This document shows positions 59,476-64,000 of a stretch of 64,000 nt of DNA, in pieces. The notes below the pieces were generated by a model. The model was not told where the DNA came from, searched no databases, and saw only the letters and a list, made by a program, of their open reading frames with translations. This stretch comes from a bacterium (GTDB taxonomy: Archaea; Thermoplasmatota; E2; JACPAO01; JAHFTW01). The stretch covers positions 160,001 to 224,000 of the forward strand of contig JAZJZE010000009.1 of assembly GCA_040390065.1 (NCBI GenBank). Reading direction: 5' to 3'. How positions within the stretch are numbered: the first letter of the stretch is position 1; the number at the start of each line of letters is the position of its first letter. A program made the translations under genes and the position numbers.

Positions 59476-60219
59476 TCAAGGCGACGGGGCGGTCCTGCTG
59501 ATCGGACGGGGGACGGAGTCCTTCATGGTGGCGATGGCGTCGTCCGAATAGGTGCCGAAGGCGAGGAGCATCGCCTCGCCGTCCTTCAGTTGGTACGCAA
59601 GGTGCGACGCCAGGTCCGGCTCGGCCCACGTCCACGTGCCATTGGCGAGCTTGGTCTCGAGGAAAAACCGCAGGGGGCGGTCGCCGGCTTGCCACGGGCC
59701 TTGCGGGTTCGAGGACTGCAAGGGCGCGCTCTTTGCGATGGAAAGGGACGCTGCAGTCACTTGCAGGTCGACGGCGGCAAACGCGGTCTGGATGCCCACG
59801 CAGTGGCCCTTGCCCTCGAAGTGGAACTGCGCAGGGCCGAGGTCCATGGCACCTTGCTCGGGCCGGCTCTGGTGCATGTGGACGTTGATGCTCATGAACG
59901 GGTCGACGCCGTAGTTGTAGTACGGCGCGCCCGACGACGTCGCCGGGGTGGACCAATCGATGCGGCGCGGCGAGTCCTGCTGCGGATCCGCCCCCCGGTC
60001 GGAGGGGACATAGACTGCGAACGTCGCATGCCAGTGGACGGGACACTCGGTCCCCGCCGCCGGCTGGGCTCCCGGCAACAAACCGGTACTGCCATCGTCG
60101 CCCGGGCTACAAGCGGCCTGCAGGAAGCCGCCGCAGTTTGACGACGGGTCGGCCGGCGTCGAGCATCCGGCAGCGAGCACGCCCGACACGAGCAGCGCGA
60201 CGACCAACACCCGGCCCAT
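59476..60219 (-). CDS. His-motif lipoprotein, function unknown
   Basis: Lipobox AAGC; HWHATF, VHMH and FHFEG. Confidence 0.7.
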   Translation of the reverse strand: MGRVLVVALLVSGVLAAGCSTPADPSSNCGGFLQAACSPGDDGSTGLLPGAQPAAGTECPVHWHATFAVYVPSDRGADPQQDSPRRIDWSTPATSSGAPYYNYGVDPFMSINVHMHQSRPEQGAMDLGPAQFHFEGKGHCVGIQTAFAAVDLQVTAASLSIAKSAPLQSSNPQGPWQAGDRPLRFFLETKLANGTWTWAEPDLASHLAYQLKDGEAMLLAFGTYSDDAIATMKDSVPRPISRTAPSP

Positions 60220-60300
60220 GGTCAAGCCACTTCGCCCGGGGTCATGAAGGTGACCGTCGGGGACCGGCCACTTCAAGGCGCACGGCAGGGTCCGCCCGGC

Positions 60301-61500
60301 ATGGCCCGCGCGGATACCCACACCCCGTTGGCCGACGGGTCGCCCCTGGCCGAAGCGGCGGTCGATGCGTTCCTTGCCGGCCTCGCCGCAGGGCAACCGG
60401 ACGTCATCGTGAAGCGGGCCGTACGGCAAGGGCTCCTCGACGATTGGCTGCAGTCGCGCGAGAAGCCACGCATGATCTCCGTGCTGGCCATCGGCAAGGG
60501 GGCGCCCCGCATGCTCTGGGGCCTCGTCGAAGGTGGCGTGCCCTTTCGCGGCCTGGGTGTGGCGCCGCGCGGTGTGCCGGCGCCTGGCGTCGACACGTTC
60601 CGCTGGCTGGTCGGCGACCACCCCGTCGTGGGACCGGGCTCCCTGGCCGCGGGCCGCGACGTGCTGGCCTGGTGCGACGCCCTCCCCGCCGACGAGCCGC
60701 TCTTGGTCCTGCTGTCCGGGGGCTCGTCCGCCTGCCTCGAGGTGCCTGCCGAAGGCTTGTCCGACGCGGCCATGGTGGCGGCCAGCCGCGACCTCTTGGC
60801 GGCTGGCTTGCCCATCGAGGAACTCAACCGTCGGCGGGCCGCCATCTCCGCCGTGAAGGGCGGCAAGCTCGGCGCTCACCTGCTGCGGCGCACCGGGCGC
60901 ATCCGTGTCTGGGTTCTGGCCGACACGGACCCGGCAACGGCAGCTGCGACCATCGGCTCTGCACTCTTCTGGCAGGATCAGGCACCCGAGGCCATCCCGC
61001 ACCACGTGCTGGCGTCCGTCACGGAGCCCATCGTCGCCGCAGGCTTGCGCCTCGGCGCGACGGGCTGGTCGGTCTACCGGCACGCGGCACGCATCAGTGG
61101 ACCCATCGACGCGGCCGTAGCACAGTTCGCGGCGGCGCTTGCCGGGCTGCCGGCGGACCAGGACGTCGCCCTCGTCGGCGGCGGCGAGGCGGTCCTGCCC
61201 ATCCCGCCGGGGGCGCCGGCCGGTGGTCGCGCCCAACACGCCGCGCTCGCCTTTGCGGGCCACCTCCATCGCGCCCGGTCCGACGCCCTGGTCCTCTGCG
61301 CGGCGACCGACGGCGTGGACGGCACGAGCGATGCGGCCGGGGCGTGGGTGACTTCCGCCGCGTGGTCGCCGGAGGCCGACGCAGCGCTGCGGGGCTTCGA
61401 CTCGCACGCATACCTCACGCAACGCCGCCTCGTCCTGCACACGGGTCCGACCGGCACGAACCTCAACGACCTCTGGATTGCGTTGCGGCGGGCACGCTAG
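60301..61500 (+). CDS. Glycerate kinase-like (DUF4147/MOFRL) protein
   Basis: AIGKGA, DHPV, LSGGSSA, SAVKGGKL, TDGVDG and TGPTGTNLND motifs. Confidence 0.88.
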   Translation: MARADTHTPLADGSPLAEAAVDAFLAGLAAGQPDVIVKRAVRQGLLDDWLQSREKPRMISVLAIGKGAPRMLWGLVEGGVPFRGLGVAPRGVPAPGVDTFRWLVGDHPVVGPGSLAAGRDVLAWCDALPADEPLLVLLSGGSSACLEVPAEGLSDAAMVAASRDLLAAGLPIEELNRRRAAISAVKGGKLGAHLLRRTGRIRVWVLADTDPATAAATIGSALFWQDQAPEAIPHHVLASVTEPIVAAGLRLGATGWSVYRHAARISGPIDAAVAQFAAALAGLPADQDVALVGGGEAVLPIPPGAPAGGRAQHAALAFAGHLHRARSDALVLCAATDGVDGTSDAAGAWVTSAAWSPEADAALRGFDSHAYLTQRRLVLHTGPTGTNLNDLWIALRRAR

Positions 61501-62681
61501 GCCCGCGCCGCGACCGTGCACACCTGGACGAATTCCGCTTCGGCCTTGCCACACGCGGCGGCCCGTCCGGCGGCGTCGGCCACGAGGCTGTGCACCATGA
61601 TGCCAACGGCCCGATAACACAACAGCTTGCTATCCGTCGGCACCGTGGGGCAGAACGCGAAGCCCGGGGCGGCGTCGCCCTTGTTGTTGACCATCTCTTG
61701 CACGGCGCCGTAGATGCAATGGGGCAGGCGCGTCACGTTGCCCAGCCCGCACTGGCGAAGGACCTTGGGGCCATCTCGTAGCTGGGCCCCCGAGATGTCG
61801 CGGCCCATCGATTCGTAGCACACCTCGTCGAAGGGGGCAGGCGCCAGGTCGCAGGCGGCGAAGACCTCGCTCGTGGTCTTACCCTCCTTCAGGAGGACGG
61901 AGGATTGCATCCAGTAGCAGGCGTGCCACCAACGCTCGGCCACTTGATTGCACGGATACAGCGGGTCGGCTGGCCGCAGCGGCTCCCATGTCATGTTCAT
62001 GCCACCCATGCCCGACATGCCTGGCATGTCCTCGTGCTGCATCGTGACGTCGCCCTGGACGTTCTCCATGAAGACGCCGCCCGCGCACGACTCCCGCGCC
62101 CAGGAGTCGTCGAACAGGTCGCACCATTGCAAGGCGGTCGGCAACTGGTGCATCGCGACCATGTCGAGGCCGTGGCCGAGGCCGTGCAGGCACTGGAAAA
62201 AGCGGAACGAGCCCTCAGCGTCCGTGCACAGCGCCGTCACGTCGGCCTTCCGCGTGGGCGGTCCAACGTCGTTGAAGTGGCGCTCGAGGACGCCGTGGAA
62301 GCAGCCGGACGCCATGGTCGTGGGGCAGTGCCGCAGCGCCTCCGTCGACGAGGGGTAGTAGCCAAGGGAGGCCCGACCGAGATGGTGTGCGATGTTGTGC
62401 TGCTCGTGCATGACGGCGGCGTCGGAAGCGCTCAGCTGGTCCAGCAAGGCAAAGGCCGGCTCGAGTCCGTGTGCGAGCATGACGGCTTCGAGTTGGTCCT
62501 GGACGCAGGGCGTGCCGCCGACGTTGCAGGCCGCCGCGACCTGCGCCGCCGTCGGGACGGGAGGGCCCGCGGGCGTGTCGCCGCTGGCATGGTCCAACAA
62601 CGGCCAGGCGACGCCCGCCGCGAGGGCCGCGACGGCCACGGCCGCGACGGCGAACTGCAGCGCGGACCCAGCCACACCCAC
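61497..62681 (-). CDS. Membrane-anchored Cys/His-repeat helical protein
   Basis: HNIAHHLG, GCFHG, CLHGLGHG and CAGGVFMEN; Met-rich loop; start uncertain. Confidence 0.7.
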   Translation of the reverse strand: MGVAGSALQFAVAAVAVAALAAGVAWPLLDHASGDTPAGPPVPTAAQVAAACNVGGTPCVQDQLEAVMLAHGLEPAFALLDQLSASDAAVMHEQHNIAHHLGRASLGYYPSSTEALRHCPTTMASGCFHGVLERHFNDVGPPTRKADVTALCTDAEGSFRFFQCLHGLGHGLDMVAMHQLPTALQWCDLFDDSWARESCAGGVFMENVQGDVTMQHEDMPGMSGMGGMNMTWEPLRPADPLYPCNQVAERWWHACYWMQSSVLLKEGKTTSEVFAACDLAPAPFDEVCYESMGRDISGAQLRDGPKVLRQCGLGNVTRLPHCIYGAVQEMVNNKGDAAPGFAFCPTVPTDSKLLCYRAVGIMVHSLVADAAGRAAACGKAEAEFVQVCTVAARA

Positions 62682-62757
62682 GCAGGCTGCCCGCCTCTTA
62701 TGAACGGCACGACCGGGGACGTTGGCCCCGCCGCACGCCGTTAAATAGGACCTGCTC

Positions 62758-63804
62758 GTGGGAAAATCCGTGTTCGAGAGCGTCCCCACCATCCTGTCGT
62801 CCAAGGAGATCCTGGACAAGGCCTTCCTCAAGGCCAACAAGATGGAAGTGCCCGACCCGGACAAGTACCACCGCATCCGCAAGACGGAGGAGGCGCAGAT
62901 GAAGCACGTCCAGGAGGCGTGCACCGAGGCCCTGGAGCGCTACGTCAAGTCCTTCCCCAACCTCGACGAGGTGCCGGGCTACGAACGCGAAGTCCTCGAC
63001 ATCCTGGTGGGCGTCGACGAACTCAAGGCGGCCCTGGGCCATGTCGACTGGGCGCGCGAGAAGATCAAGGAGGTCTACGGCGACGTGGCCGGCGCCATGC
63101 GGCGCGAGCGCACGACGCTTGGCATCCAGGCGCAGAAGCGGCGCTTCTCCGGGCGCTGTGCAAGCCTCATGGGCAAGGTCGACAAGGACCTCGCCTTCCT
63201 CAGCAAGGCGCGCGACAAGATGCGCATGCTGCCGACCGTGCACCCGGAATACCCCACGGTCGTCATTGCGGGGTTCCCCAACGTGGGCAAGTCAAGCCTC
63301 CTTGCGGCCTGGACGAAGGCCAACCCCGAGATCGCGCCGTACGCCTTCACGACGAAGGCCGCAAACGTCGGCCACATCGAGGTGCGCAGCCGCGAGGACT
63401 CCGTCTCGTTCATCCAGGTCGTAGACACGCCCGGCCTGCTGGACCGGCCCGATGCCGAGCGCAACGCCGTCGAACGCCAAGCCGTGGCCGCTCTGCGCTA
63501 CGCTGCCGACGCCTGCCTGTTCCTGATCGACATGAGCGAGATGTCGGGCTACACCATCCCCGAGCAGGAGGCGCTCCTGGAACAAGTGCGCCGCGAGATG
63601 TCCGGCATCCCGCTCCTCGTGGCCGAGTCCAAGTGCGACCTGCGCCGCAGCACGACGGACCGGCTCAAGTTCAGCACCACGACGGGGGAAGGCCTGGAGG
63701 CGCTCAAGGCCGCCGTCATCGCAGCCATGACTCCCGACGAACCGGAACTGGAGATGGACCCCCTGGACATGTGGAAGGCCCAGCGCGACCCCATGTTCGG
63801 GTAG
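62758..63804 (+). CDS. NOG1-family GTPase
   Basis: GFPNVGKSSL, YAFTTK and DTPGLLDRP motifs. Confidence 0.92.
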   Translation: MGKSVFESVPTILSSKEILDKAFLKANKMEVPDPDKYHRIRKTEEAQMKHVQEACTEALERYVKSFPNLDEVPGYEREVLDILVGVDELKAALGHVDWAREKIKEVYGDVAGAMRRERTTLGIQAQKRRFSGRCASLMGKVDKDLAFLSKARDKMRMLPTVHPEYPTVVIAGFPNVGKSSLLAAWTKANPEIAPYAFTTKAANVGHIEVRSREDSVSFIQVVDTPGLLDRPDAERNAVERQAVAALRYAADACLFLIDMSEMSGYTIPEQEALLEQVRREMSGIPLLVAESKCDLRRSTTDRLKFSTTTGEGLEALKAAVIAAMTPDEPELEMDPLDMWKAQRDPMFG

Positions 63805-63866
63805 TTCCGTCTTGCCGAACCTGTGCAACAATCTTCTAAAGCCCCCAGGGGTCGGCAGCCCTGTCC

Positions 63867-64000
63867 ATGGCTGACGAACCGACCGGCGACGACGGGCTGA
63901 CACAGCGCGAACGCCGCGCACAGAGGCACCGCTCCACGCGCGCCACACGCGCCCCCACGGACTGGGCCCGCAAGGCTCGTGCGGCCAAGACGCCCATCAT
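63867..64000 (+). CDS. Partial CDS running off the window end
   Basis: ATG 63867; open frame MADEPTGDDGLTQRERRAQRH to the edge. Confidence 0.45.
   Translation, partial: MADEPTGDDGLTQRERRAQRHRSTRATRAPTDWARKARAAKTPI

Overview
Very GC-rich archaeal chromosome segment. TBP, Dph2, class I CCA-adding enzyme, NOG1 GTPase, AK6 and the HMG-CoA synthase/thiolase/DUF35 operon establish Archaea; a Thermoplasmatota origin is my inference. It holds about 70 protein genes, mostly housekeeping plus many secreted or lipoprotein unknowns, and three tRNAs (CAT, Ala-GGC, Phe-GAA). I found no CRISPR array, rRNA, integrase or transposase. The most interesting signals are non-coding. (1) Two 85-89 bp inserts lie between direct repeats of a gene 3' end (tRNA-Phe; acyl-CoA dehydrogenase, whose two ends are synonymously recoded). 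Each insert carries an internal antisense copy of its own target at almost the same spacing, suggesting target-programmed mini-elements. A third, tandem-expanded relative lies at tRNA-CAT. (2) Three 450-600 bp elements share five fixed anchor motifs separated by exchangeable hairpin cassettes. (3) Two TA-flanked MITEs sit on stop codons. Protein-level oddities include a duplicated module of a 7TM-like receptor with a TerB-like tail plus a small Cys-motif partner, and a copper locus with a circularly permuted cupredoxin fused to a membrane domain. Family assignments come from motif recognition only. Many start codons were chosen by eye.
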